A stretch of DNA of 63,989 nt, counting the filler, from Diploschistes diacapsis (Eukaryota), in NCBI GenBank assembly GCA_023645945.1. It is 6 parts of 6 records of this genome, joined end to end, with 100 filler letters (N's around TTAATTAATTAA, not from the genome) between each part and the next. Parts side by side here need not be neighbours in the genome. Positions count along the whole stretch, not along the records: positions 1 to 29,600 come from JALAIB010000132.1; 5 more parts are not named here. One strand, written 5' to 3'. A program made the translations under genes and the position numbers. Below are positions 1 to 11,564 of this stretch, piece by piece (positions within the stretch are counted from its first letter, which is position 1; each line of letters opens with the position of its first letter). Below the pieces are notes generated by a model, which made no database searches, had not been told where the DNA came from, and saw only the letters and a list, made by a program, of their open reading frames with translations.

Positions 1-165
1 CCCCCCCCCATATCGCAAACTCAAATTTCATTGATACATATCCAGGATGTTTGAAGATTGGCAACGGTGCTCCTGTGCAGCCAATGGGTGCCACAGCTGG
101 GTTCTGTCGCTGGGGGAGGCTTAGCAAAAGAATTGCAACAAAATTGTACACCACCCAGCCTTACC

Positions 166-795
166 TCAAAGCCTGGAGCCGTGAATGACCTTGTAGTCGA
201 CGGCGAGCTCGCGTCCGCCATCGTTGATGACCATGACCCTGACGCTTCCCCTGCCGTCGGCAAAGGCATCGCTGAGCTTGCCCCAGAGGGAGCCCTGGTC
301 GATCACGGGCAGGGACTGGATGACGTCGCCGGACTCGGTCATTGCGACGACGCCACGCTCGTGGATGTCGAGCACGCGGTACTGCTTGAACACGGGGCCG
401 AGCATGGTCTGGACGTAGACCGACGGCGACGGGTTGCTCATGAAGCTGGACTCCTCGTGGAGTTGCTTGGTGAAGAGGTCGACGCCCAGGTAGCGGTGCT
501 GGCCGGTCTGGGCCGACGTGGTGATGCGGATGACCTGGCAGGGACGGCCCTGGAGCATGACGAGGTCGCCGATGCGGATGTGGTGGCACGGAATGGTCAC
601 GGTGCCGGGAGAGACGCCGCCGGGGCGCTCGACGAAGCGGACGCTCTCGCGGCGACCACCTTCTTCGCGACCTTCGACGCGGACCTCCTCGTGGTCGTGG
701 TGTCCACCGTGAACGGGGTGCATGATGCGGTCGGCGGCACGCTCTATGCCGCGGCGGAAGGAGTGGTAGCGGCCCTCGTCGTCGTAGTAGCCCAT
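166..795 (-). CDS. hex1: Woronin body major protein Hex1 (canonical AUG-initiated form, 209 aa); an in-frame upstream extension without AUG is described in findings
   Basis: Starts MGYYDDEG; eIF5A-like core TVTIPCHHIRIGDLVMLQGRPCQVIRI...LGVDLFTKQLHEESSF; C-terminal PTS1 SRL. Confidence 0.97.
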   Translation of the reverse strand: MGYYDDEGRYHSFRRGIERAADRIMHPVHGGHHDHEEVRVEGREEGGRRESVRFVERPGGVSPGTVTIPCHHIRIGDLVMLQGRPCQVIRITTSAQTGQHRYLGVDLFTKQLHEESSFMSNPSPSVYVQTMLGPVFKQYRVLDIHERGVVAMTESGDVIQSLPVIDQGSLWGKLSDAFADGRGSVRVMVINDGGRELAVDYKVIHGSRL

Positions 796-3045
796 CTTTG
801 ACTTTTCTTTGTCGTAGACCTTTTTCTCTGCTTCGACGTGAATGTGCTCCCTGGGTGCTCGACGTTCGTACTCGACGTCGTAGGTGGTTCCTTCTCGACG
901 CTTGAAGTCGGCTTCGAACGTTGATCCCTCGGGTGCTCGACGCTCGTACTCGACGTCGTAGGTTGGTCCTTGGAACCGCCGGCGGTACTCACGCTCGGTA
1001 ACGTCGATCTCGCTGTCTTCGCGAGGCTTCCGTTCGCGCTCGATATCGATGTTCACTTGGGTGCGGCGAGCAGGTTCTCGGTAGCTGCAGGGAACGTGTC
1101 AGTCGAGAAACCAATACGCGTTGCCGTGTCAACAAGCCAAGAGCGACAGGCACTTTTGGCGTGTATTAGACGTGCTCAACGCCACAAAACGCTGGACTTA
1201 CCGATCCCTCGAAAGTTCGACCTCTGGGAAGCGGTCACGTTCGTGGCGGTCACGTTCTTCGTAGACTCGAATGTCTTCTCGGCGGCGCGGACGGTCTTCC
1301 TTGTTGATGTTTGCCTCGAAGGAAGAGTAGCGATCTTCCCGTCCGACGCGCTTTGTGTCTACCTCTGCTTCTACCTTTGTGACGGTGGTCTCCTCTCGGA
1401 CGTCGCTATTGCGATATGACGACGGGAAGATGCTGAAGGGGACTGGAACTCTGGCGTCAAAGTCCAGGTTGACGGGTGGGAAGGGAGACCTGGTTCTTGC
1501 AAGCCTCTCGAAATGTCGGGAAAACAAATCGAAAGGAAACAAGAAAAGAGGTCTTGCTTCTTTTATAGAGAGATTAATAAATGATGGGGAGGATCTCGGG
1601 AAGAGTGAAGATAAAGTGAAGTTGGGGAGGAGCAGAGAGAAGAGGGAGAAAATTTGTTGTGGAGCTTTATGGTTGACGAATTGCCAGCAACAAAACGCTT
1701 TCCCGAGTCCGTTAGGCGCGCTGGTTTTCGGCCAATTAGGTGAGACTAGTCCGGGCCAAATGAGAATGAACGAATGCCTGTGTTAGTCGTGGTCTTGGGG
1801 CAGCTTCCCGCAACGAGATTCCAAAGCTCAATCAGCACGTTGCTCAAGGCGGAACGTTAGAATGGAGATTGAAACGCGAGAGAGAAGTGAGAGAGAAGGG
1901 AGGTGGGTGGGATAGAGGAGAGAGAAGGGGGCTATCAGCTTCACCTCCAAACCTCTACTACGACCTTACCATGGCACAACAGCTGCCTTTCCTAAAGTGT
2001 TATTTCTTACATGTGATTATTTATTTATTTATTTATTTATTTATTCAAGGCTTGTGAAAGCTCAACGGATCTTCCTCGTTTGCTTGTCCTACGCCTCTCT
2101 TCATAGGCAAGGGAGGGAGGGAGCTTTGGAACTTTGGCCAGCTCGGAAGGAAGCTTTGGGGGGGGGAGTGAGTGAGTGAGTGAGTGGGTTTGTTTACTCG
2201 ATTTCCACAGCAGCGCAGAAAGGCGGAGTTAACGGGGATTGGCGCTGGAGGGCAAGGCGGAGAAATCCCTCTAAACTGCTTCGGGCTTAGGCTACTACAA
2301 CTTATCGCTTGCACCGCTTTTCAGGCTTCCCATGTTTGATGGGAAGCTTTTCTTGTGTTTTTTACTACGTACATGGAATTGTTTTCATTCCTCTGTCTTC
2401 AGTAACAGAACGTGTATGGCAAAGCCTGTTCTGTCTCGAGACGTCAAAGCTCGCGAACTCGCTGCGTTGCCATTTGACCGGCTCGAAGTTTGATTGCGGA
2501 GTTCTTTGGTTAAAGCTTGCTGCACGGACCAACAGCCTGCCAAGAGAGGCAGTTGGAACGCTACAGGGGTGCCCAACATTAAGGGGGACGGAAAAGGGGG
2601 TAATCGCATTGACAGGCTCAATCGGGCAATTGGCTATCTTGAGATGAGGACATGCCCCATATAAATGATTGTTATCGCCAAGGGCATGAAGATTATGGAT
2701 ACCAACGAAACAAGATGTGCGGTCGAGCTCGAGACTACTTGATGTCATTGGGGTTTGAGCACGCAAGCCAACGAATCCTTCCCTCCAGTAGACTTCCGTT
2801 ATGGGAGCTTCCTTGAGCCTGCTGTTACCCCCTAACAGGCCTTTCCGTAGGTTCTTAAATTCATAGACAGGATTGACTGGTGTATCGGTACACCGACGTG
2901 GGACTCCGGACCATCTCCACCATCATCCTGCCTGGAGTAGAATTCGCTCGTGGAGCTTCGTTGAGTGGACACTACCCTTTCAGCAGGCCTCTTTTTAGTC
3001 TCCTGAATTAAAAAACCACAATGCTTTTGAATGAAGTAATGTACG

Positions 3046-5940
3046 TCAGAGGAACGCCGGACTGTCTCCGCCCTCGTCCTCATAGCTCACTCCTGCCTCT
3101 CGATAGCTACTGCTCAGCTCGAATCCCCTGGCGGTCCCACCGCAACGACCATAGGAATTCGAGTCTATGTTCGAAAAGCGAGTCCTACCAGAGTTGTTCC
3201 CTACAGGACCACGACGAAGCTCTTCCTTCTCAGGACTACGACGAACGACTCCACTTCGGGCAAGCCCTGTGCGGTTGGCGCTGTTTGCATAAGAAATTGT
3301 GGGCTCAGATGCTTTGCTCATCAGTCTGAAATTGCGGGGACTGCTGTGAGGGAGGGTCGTTTTGGGATAGTTGTCGACATTGGACGAAAGAGTGGCAACT
3401 CTCGGTCCGAGTGATGGCCGCGTATTTTCCGTGAATTGTCCTTGTGGAGTACCGGGCGCCAGGGTTCTTGGTCTAGAACCCTTCGACGATCCTAAGCTGG
3501 ATGTGGACCTCTTCGTAGCAAGCCAAGGGAACCTGAGAGGGGCTTCTGAATTCATCTGGCTCAGTGATCTGAGCCCGAGCTGATCGTATGAGCCGAAGGA
3601 GTAATCATTGGTATCAGATTGTAGAGCTACACATTTTTTTGTCTGGTGGACGCCAAGAGAGGAATCCTTTATCGTTAGTCGTAGAGGTCCGTATTCTCTT
3701 TGCTCGTCCACATGGAATGGAGGATCGTGCGTAGTTGACCGCAGAGCTTCATCTTCCCTTCGCTCGCATGCGCCGGTCACTTTGTCAAAGGCCTTTGAAT
3801 AGTCATAACTCTCACCATGATATTCGGCATTTTGTCTTCTGTGGGTACGCTTCTTAGGCTGAGTCAAGCTTCTGTATGGCATCTGGCTGGCTGTACTGGG
3901 TGGAGCGAGCTTCGTCCTCGCAGCATCACGACATAGCATCTCTGGGCTCGACTGATCTGACGATCCATTCCTTGCCGCACGGTTCAATCTAGAGGGAGGC
4001 GTCGGTGTCGATTGTTCCGAAAATTGACTCTGACTGCGGAGGCCAAAGGCTTCGCGTGACAAGAAACGATTTCCATCAGCATCGCGAGAGTAGAAACTAG
4101 CTGAGTCTTCGGAGAATTCCGTGGCGCCAAAAGGGTGACCGACCTTATGACCATATGCATGTTCTTCGTTTTGATGTGCTACCTCTTGATAGCTAGATGG
4201 ATGTTCGCCTACTGAATGCTCTTGATGACGGTACACAGTTGAGATAGAGGCAGTCTCGTCGAAGTCGTCGAGGCTGTTGTACGGGTTGGATAGCTGCTCT
4301 AGGGAGTGCGAGTATGGGACAGTCCGAGAAGCTTGTGGTACGTTGACGCTCAGAGATGCTCCCTGCTGCTCAATAGGAACATGCCCGTATGTACGAGCGA
4401 AGCCGTTAGGCCCTTCCTGCGGGCATGCACCTCCCTCGCTCCCATTGTAGTCGTCGGCTTGTTTATATGATCTCATCGCGCGCTCCAGATCCCTCCTATG
4501 TAGTGCACTCACAAGCCGACGAGCATCGACTGGCGAGCTTTCACCTCCATCATGATACATTGGAGCATGAAAAGGCTGTAGCCCTCTTCCCGCAGCATAT
4601 CCCATCAGACGGGCATTGGATGGCTGGTAATTTTGTCCTTCGCGTATGGTCGTCAAACGTTTAGGGTTCTTCATGCCGGCGGGCAGTGGTGCCAGCGGAG
4701 GCACTGCAGTCCCGACGGACCGGACTTCCCATGTGGATGCTCCGCTGGGCTCCCTCTGCTCTTCAGAACGGCTGCCTACACTTTCCGTACTTCGCGCAGA
4801 CCTCGCTTGCTGGAGAGGAAGTTCGCTATGAACGTGGCGGATGGACGCGGTTTTAGTGAAAGGACTACCGAATCTTGACTGAAGTCGAGAGATGATTTCT
4901 TGATCAGGTGCATCTACTGGAGTATACCAAGAAGGATGCCTGTTACTGAACCCAGAATCGAACCCATAATGTGCCCTTTGTGCAGCCACTTGCTGCTCGG
5001 GAATACCTTCCTCTTTGGCTTCCTCTTTCTTGAAGATTTTCGCAAATTTGCGCTTCATCTTCCTCATTTTCTCTAGAGTGTTGTATCCATTGCGGTTTAG
5101 ATGCTGAACCTGAGGGATCGATGAAATAGCCCCTCCATATCTCGTAAGGCTGGTGGTTCTGACCGTTCTGGGAAGCGGCCTTGATTTTGTAGATCTTAGT
5201 GAGGCTTTTGCATACGATACTGTGCTTTGCTCCGCGTTGATTTGCTTCAAGTCATAGTTAGCAGCTGTAGGAAATGTTGCGTCGCAAGGAAAATTAATGC
5301 TAGAGAGTTCTTCGCATATGGGTATGTTAGACGACACTGTCCCAAGAGATGGTTCTGTGCTGACCGTAGCTTCAGACGAAAACTGTTTGTGACCGTGGTT
5401 CAACTCCCAGTAGCCTTCTGCCGTTGGCTGAATTGACTTGGTGTGTGATAGAGTCATGACCGGAAATAGGGATTTTGCCTTCCGGGCGGAGAGAGGTGTT
5501 GGCTTTGGCGGAGACATAGTGGGCCTGTTTCCAGCACCTTGTGTCAAGTATCTTCTTTCAAGCATGGGCGAATGTTTATCCGGCTTTAACTCAGGAGTCT
5601 TCGAAGTGTCGCTAAACAGGACATTATCCCAGCATCTGGCTTGTCTCCTAGTGATTGAATGCCTGAGGAGTGGAGGAGCTCCTGGCCCAGTATATCGCAC
5701 ACTTTGACTTCTTCCAAGCACATGTTCTTTTGGGGCCCCTTCCGACTGTTTGTCACGATCCCTACTAAGTCCTGTTGCATTGTCAAAAGCAATCTCTGCA
5801 GCTGCCAGCGCATGCAAGTGAGCGATTGCAGCGTCCACATGAGCGTCGTGTCCTGTCCTGATGCTGTATGAATATCCTGATGACGATGACTTGGCTCTTC
5901 TGAGACGTGAGGAAACTGGAGCATTCCGATGAGAGTTCAT
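3046..5940 (-). CDS. Hypothetical Ser/Arg-rich, probably disordered fungal protein (964 aa)
   Basis: Single uninterrupted 964-codon ATG ORF; no recognisable domain. Confidence 0.75.
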   Translation of the reverse strand: MNSHRNAPVSSRLRRAKSSSSGYSYSIRTGHDAHVDAAIAHLHALAAAEIAFDNATGLSRDRDKQSEGAPKEHVLGRSQSVRYTGPGAPPLLRHSITRRQARCWDNVLFSDTSKTPELKPDKHSPMLERRYLTQGAGNRPTMSPPKPTPLSARKAKSLFPVMTLSHTKSIQPTAEGYWELNHGHKQFSSEATVSTEPSLGTVSSNIPICEELSSINFPCDATFPTAANYDLKQINAEQSTVSYAKASLRSTKSRPLPRTVRTTSLTRYGGAISSIPQVQHLNRNGYNTLEKMRKMKRKFAKIFKKEEAKEEGIPEQQVAAQRAHYGFDSGFSNRHPSWYTPVDAPDQEIISRLQSRFGSPFTKTASIRHVHSELPLQQARSARSTESVGSRSEEQREPSGASTWEVRSVGTAVPPLAPLPAGMKNPKRLTTIREGQNYQPSNARLMGYAAGRGLQPFHAPMYHDGGESSPVDARRLVSALHRRDLERAMRSYKQADDYNGSEGGACPQEGPNGFARTYGHVPIEQQGASLSVNVPQASRTVPYSHSLEQLSNPYNSLDDFDETASISTVYRHQEHSVGEHPSSYQEVAHQNEEHAYGHKVGHPFGATEFSEDSASFYSRDADGNRFLSREAFGLRSQSQFSEQSTPTPPSRLNRAARNGSSDQSSPEMLCRDAARTKLAPPSTASQMPYRSLTQPKKRTHRRQNAEYHGESYDYSKAFDKVTGACERREDEALRSTTHDPPFHVDEQREYGPLRLTIKDSSLGVHQTKKCVALQSDTNDYSFGSYDQLGLRSLSQMNSEAPLRFPWLATKRSTSSLGSSKGSRPRTLAPGTPQGQFTENTRPSLGPRVATLSSNVDNYPKTTLPHSSPRNFRLMSKASEPTISYANSANRTGLARSGVVRRSPEKEELRRGPVGNNSGRTRFSNIDSNSYGRCGGTARGFELSSSYREAGVSYEDEGGDSPAFL

Positions 5941-6912
5941 ACCTGGCTCTCCACAACCCGAAGAGCCTTGTTTCCAACAGCAGCGCGATGAGTCTACAGC
6001 TGTTCGATTGAGATGACGGGCTATCCAAAAGCCAAGGAAAGACTATGCTTACGTATGAGACTGAAGAGAACTGGAAGAGAGGGATCGAAAAAAACAGCTA
6101 TGAAGCATGCATCTTGAAAATAAGTCACCTAAGGGATAAGCTGGCCTCCTTCCTCTTTAATATAAGGAAGGAGCAAAGCATCACGACATTCACACTTGAC
6201 ATGTACTGCTTCAGAGATCTCTGCAGCCACAAGAGTCAAACAACGAGCAAAGTAGAACAAGAAGCGAACGGTTGAATTAAGGAAGCCACTTTACAGGATA
6301 TGAAAGAACGTATTTGTACTTGTACCGGGAATGGCAAACCTAGAACCGAGAAGCTGAGGACCATGCGTGATTATACGTATCGATAAAGGTGGAGCAACAA
6401 CATGCTGCCAAATGTAAAAGTGATCTCATCTCTTTGATCTCCTACCTCAATAAACGTGCTGTAGATCTGGCCTGTCTGTAACGGGCAATATTGAGTTTGA
6501 TAGTATAGAGGCTCGGCACAGGACGTCAAGTGTTAGTCTTGCTCCATATGGATATAGACCGATTAAATCAACTTGTTACACGATAGCTCCGTTTATGGCG
6601 CGCCCAGACTTTCCTAAAGCTCCACTAGCCAATCAGAAGACTTCGCCTCATAAGCTCCTACAGAACGCTCCCTTTCATGTTGCTGTTGAGATATGATTTA
6701 TCCGCAGGAAGGTGTGGCATTTTGGAGCAAGTTGCTACGAACCCACTCATTTGCACACATACAAGCAGTAGCATCTCTACGGGACAGGCCATCGTCAATA
6801 CATCCCGCTTCAGCTCCCAACCTTCAACTCTTCAAGTTGCATAAATCCGCCGCATCATCAACAATACCTCACCAAGCTACCCACAGCTTGAAGCGCAACC
6901 CGATCTCACACA

Positions 6913-7333
6913 ATGCCGTCCTCCTGCAAAGATCTCCGTGAGCAGCCTCCAACACCCAGCCCATAGTCCCCCCTCCCGCAACCAGCAGCTGAACAAACCC
7001 CCCGCAGGCGCCGCCCTGGCCGACTGCCTCCAGAACTCCGACTGCGTGATGGTCTACCACAACAGAGCCGCGGACTGCCTGCGCTCGCCGCTCGTCGAGA
7101 CGCTGCCGATGCGGTGCCAGCAGCTGAAAAAGGGCTACGGCGAGTGCAAGCGCGGCTTGGTGGATATGCGGAAGAGGTTCCGGGGGAATCAGCCGATGGC
7201 GCTGAGCAAGGAGCTCGAGGGAGGGGGAGGACCGCAGGGGAAGCAGCTTTATGCGGGGAGGCCGGCGGTTGGAGGGGTAGAGGGGACCACGGATGGGAGA
7301 GAAGATAGGAAGGAAGATGGAAAGGAAGAGTAG
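6913..7333 (+). CDS. PET191: Cytochrome c oxidase assembly factor COA5/PET191 (twin CX9C)
   Basis: MPSSCKDL|RAALADCLQNSDC...CQQLKKGYGECKRGLVDMRKRFRGN; intron 6938-7007 (GTGAGC...CAG). Confidence 0.93.
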
Positions 7334-7591
7334 GGCGAACAGGCGCGAAGGGGTGGAAAGTATGGGGTGGAGCGAGGTGTGGAGTGTTTGTTACCAGCAT
7401 AAGGCATAGCGAGGCGTTTCGGTGGCATACGATGAACGGCATTGCAAGGATTGATTCATGGGTCCCGTGGCGCACACCGCTTGGCGACAAGACGAAGGAC
7501 GCCGGACAGAGAAATCTATAGATTGAAGAAAAATCCCGGTTCTGATCGACCGGTCTCACTAGCTCTATTACTACATTGATTGCTTTATGTA

Positions 7592-9157
7592 TCATTGTGT
7601 CTTCTTCAGCTCTATTTGTGGGGAGCTCGGCTCGCTCCAAAGCCAGACTGCGACGAAGCCCATCCATCCTGCAGCGGTGATCCATATGCCTGCGATCCAA
7701 ACCCACCCTCCGCTGATGAGCCAGCTCCGAGGATACTCATCGTGCGCGAAATGGCGCACGGTGACCTCCTTCTTGACTTCGATGTTGGTGAAGAAGGGGC
7801 GCTTGTAGTTAACGCGGAACGAAAAGATGCCGTGTTGATCTGGGGTCGTGAAAGAAGCGCTATAGATGGTGCTATTGGCCGTGCTGCGGCTCGGCTTCAA
7901 CGGCAATCGGTGCCATGGGGAGAGCATGGTGAATTCTAGTTGAATATCATCTGCGGAGGAGATGGAGGGTGGCGAGTAGTGCGTCGAGGTATACTCTGAG
8001 ATCTCAATGTCGAACGTCTGGCACAGTCAATACCCACCATCACCCGTCTTATGGAAAGGTAGACTTACGACATCGTTCTTAACCCGGTATATTGTCGGGT
8101 TCAGTTCGCCGAGCTTGACCACACTCGTGTTCTTTGTTTCTTCCGGAATCGTGTTTAGATAGTGCTGTATATTTCCAGTTTTCAACACGCCGGTTTCCTT
8201 GAACGTCCACTTCGTGACTTGTTCCGCAAAGGCGCGGTTGACCGTCTGTAACTTGCTGCCCCACGGAGGCTTGACGCTTATATCAAACCATTTGTCTTCG
8301 AGAGCTTCCATGGACCCGAAGACAGTGAAACGGGCTGAGTTGCGGGCTTGCAGAGCCGAAACTAACGAAATTTGTTCTCCCGTTGCGAAAGGATCTTCCG
8401 AGCTTTCGGGCTCGTCTTTGGGATTGTACGTGTAGGCTGTGCTCTTGGCTCTTAGAATTGTGTTCAATAGAGGACTCGTGTTTCCGAGGGTCTGAGGAAC
8501 GGCGCGGGGCAAAGCAACGAGACCTTCTCCACCAAAGAAGTTCTTGACATCTTGACGAACCATTGAAGGCCGAGGAAGTAGGAGGACGTCATGCTTTTCT
8601 GATGCAGACAAAGTATCATAGTTGAAATGGTCGACAGTCAGTGTGTTCTTGTCTGAAGGAAGGGTAATGTCGAACTCGAGGAGCAAGGAGGATATGGCGC
8701 TGGGTATTGGAGCTTCGGAGGACAGAACAAGCAGGATATTGCCGTCCTGATTTATAAAATTCAAGAGCGTCTCGGGCTTCAGCGAGGGGCCGTAACCTGC
8801 CAGCTGTTAAAATCCTGTCACTGTTCCGTTGAATTGGCTCTTACCCTTGGATTTTGGTGGGAAAAGGAGGATATGGTCATACTCCCTCTCTCCGTGCTGG
8901 AACAAGGCTAGCTTGTCGCTCTTTGGAGATTCAAAGGAGACAGCGAATCCACGATCTGTCCAAGGGCGAAAGCGTAAGTATTGTACCTCCAGGTGTGCTC
9001 ATACAACAAGCTCACCTTTGAGGTCGCCGAAAAGCTTCGAGAACTTTTTCTGTTCGGCCGCATCCTCGCTGATGACGACAAGCCTGTTTCCACTGCTACT
9101 CAGTGCGAACGTCAAGCTCAACAAAGGCGCCAGAAGCAGCACGAAAAGCCACCTCAT
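7592..9157 (-). CDS. WBP1: Oligosaccharyltransferase subunit Wbp1/OST48, multi-exon
   Basis: Signal peptide MRWLFVLLLAPLL; LQARNSARFTVFGS; PDQHGIFSFRVNYKRP; RHFAHDEYPRSW followed by TM helix and C-terminal KKTQ ER-retrieval signal. Confidence 0.95.
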
Positions 9158-11564
9158 TCTGCCTGTTAGTTGTCTAGCTTCCTTGCGAGATAGAGCCCCA
9201 AGCTGATCCGGTAGACGTAGCCTCTGCCAAGAAAATACATGTGTGCTTCCTCTTTGGGTTAGTGTATATAAACACGTCCTTAAATTTATACCTTGAACTT
9301 GGAGCTCTTATTTCAAGTGGCTATCACGAACCCTATAATGCAGAATCTCCACGAAACAGTCACTACTATGGCCTCTACAAAACAGTCGATATCTAATCTC
9401 GATGCTTGGGTACATTATTACAGAACGTGCGAGTCTGTGCAAGCACACAAAGTTTTATTATGAGGGATTGCAGCATACCATTCAAAAATATTTGCTTACA
9501 TCAATTAACATGCTTGGTCATGGATGAGAAGTTCATCTGCACAAGACCGGACATACGATCTTGGCATTCTTCGGGGGATTGCCTGTTATATTGTTACGTT
9601 TCGTGTTTTGAATGCCGCTTAAAGGCATCAGGTCTCACAAGGGCTTGTTAATGCCTTCCTTCCAGTCTTGTAGCGAGATGCTTACTCTGAACGACAGTAT
9701 CAGCCTTCGACAATGCTGCCGCCTGCTCCTAAAACATACCTCGGTGTGGTCTCCCAGAGGTACCGGCTGCTACGCACCAGGGCCCCCCTGATGAAACTTT
9801 GGAACCTGACCACTTCGTAAATTCGGGAGTATTGGGTTGTAGAGTGGAAGGCAATCTACAACCATCGAGCAATTTGTATCGTCTCCAGAGCTCTTTGCTA
9901 CCTTCCCTTCGCGATTAAATAATTGGTCGATACTGGTGTGCTTCGACTCTCCGATCATGGAGGCTTAATGGCCTCTCTCACTTATACGCGTACCGTTTCT
10001 ACCAGGGCTGGTGTCAGTAGGGTACAAGGAAAGAGACTCACGGTTGGTCAGGAGTCGTAGCGGAAGCACTTGCCTTCTTGTCGCTGTCATCTTTGTTGAC
10101 TAATTTCATTGTTGTAACTTAGGAGGTTTATCAGCTTCAAGTGAGTAGGTTCTTCTTTTGGATTGGCCTCACGTGCTCCGATTGAATGCAATTCGAACGC
10201 GTTAACAAGATTGGTGCTTATTATAGTAACAGAAATGAGCTTGTTGGTTTACCTAAATGAGGCTCGCTGTACCCGGCTAGAACATCCTGACGTACCTACC
10301 CCTAAATCGCAGGGCAAACCTTGAAATGATAAGATGAAGCTCAAGAAGTATGTGTTATGTTGAAGGAATAGCACTGGGATTCCGTCAACGACGCATCATA
10401 GTAGGTACAAAGTTATCCGCCAGAGCAAAGGTTAAGCCCGCACTTGGTCGACGCCACATAAGCAGGGGTCTTTTACCATATATCAAAAGTGTTTTTGTAG
10501 GGCAAAATACCCCTGCTGGTGTGGTGTGGCGTCTGGTGTGGCGTCGACTACCGCGGTGCTAACCTTTGTTCTGAGAGGTAACATAACTTGTACGTGCATG
10601 CATGCCACGCGAAAGACTTGTACAAATGGCGGTGGGTAGTCCACTCGCTATGGATGACGGCTGTGGCACTTACAACATAAGAGCTGTAAATTACAATTTC
10701 TTTTCAACGCTTGCAAGGCTAAAAAACGCTACAGCCCCCAGCCATGTCCAAATGTTAGCACAATATATTCGGTTTTTCCCAGGAATCGAGGCCAAAAGCA
10801 GGGACTGAGGCGCCAAGATATGCTGGGTAAGCTAACAGTTTGACACTGTCAAAGGCTCGTACGGAAGTCCGCCAAAATAAAAGGTTAGCGCTGATCAGTG
10901 CGCGCAGGCAGAAAGTTGAAAATTGCCAAGCACTTCATTTGATCTTCTTCTATCCTTTGATCCTTAATAGCGTCTTATTCAGGACGGGACGTTAGTGATG
11001 CTGGTTGGGGGCTGCTTCAGCTTTCCTTACAGAATCGAGTCCAGAAGACGGGATTGCGAAAGTCCGTTCCGGATGGAATTACGCACTGCTGCAGGATAAG
11101 CTTTAACCATTAACCTAGTCCACCACAGATGCATAGTATGCTACTTCTGCTAAGCCCAAGAAGTCATGACCATCCACAGCCAAATTAAAGAGGGCTGTGA
11201 TTCAGCGACTTGGCCTAAGGCAGCAAAATCCTTGCAGCCCTTCGTCCCGGATTGCCAGTCCTGCTAGTGAATTGAAGTGGCCCTGGGGTCACACGGCTGA
11301 CACGGCTGAATACTATGTGTAGGTAGGTACTCACAGGCAGAGTAACATTTTTCTTTACGCCCCCATCTTTCCAGTAATTTGAGCGCTTTTGGATTTCACG
11401 TTCCAGTACTACTCGTAGAGCCTTTCTCTCAAAATCAGCTTGTTCGAGGCTTGAAACCTCTTCTCGAAGTCCCATATCGTTGCATAGCGTATTCTATCTT
11501 CCTCTCTGTTTTACGTCGTTCTTGAACGCACTTTCTTGAAAGGCGGACACTGCCGGCAGTCGTC

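Noticed and set aside
58..801. Long antisense or overlapping ORFs over hex1, the PKS, GH125, RSC8 and DUF829
   Set aside because: Shadow frames expected from GC-rich codon bias opposite well-supported genes
1962..1975. ATG|GTAAGG micro-exon as the missing hex1 start
   Set aside because: The best nearby acceptor (CTAAC-ACAG near 1780) puts it out of frame and gives a short ORF; no convincing phase-0 acceptor lies before the conserved motif
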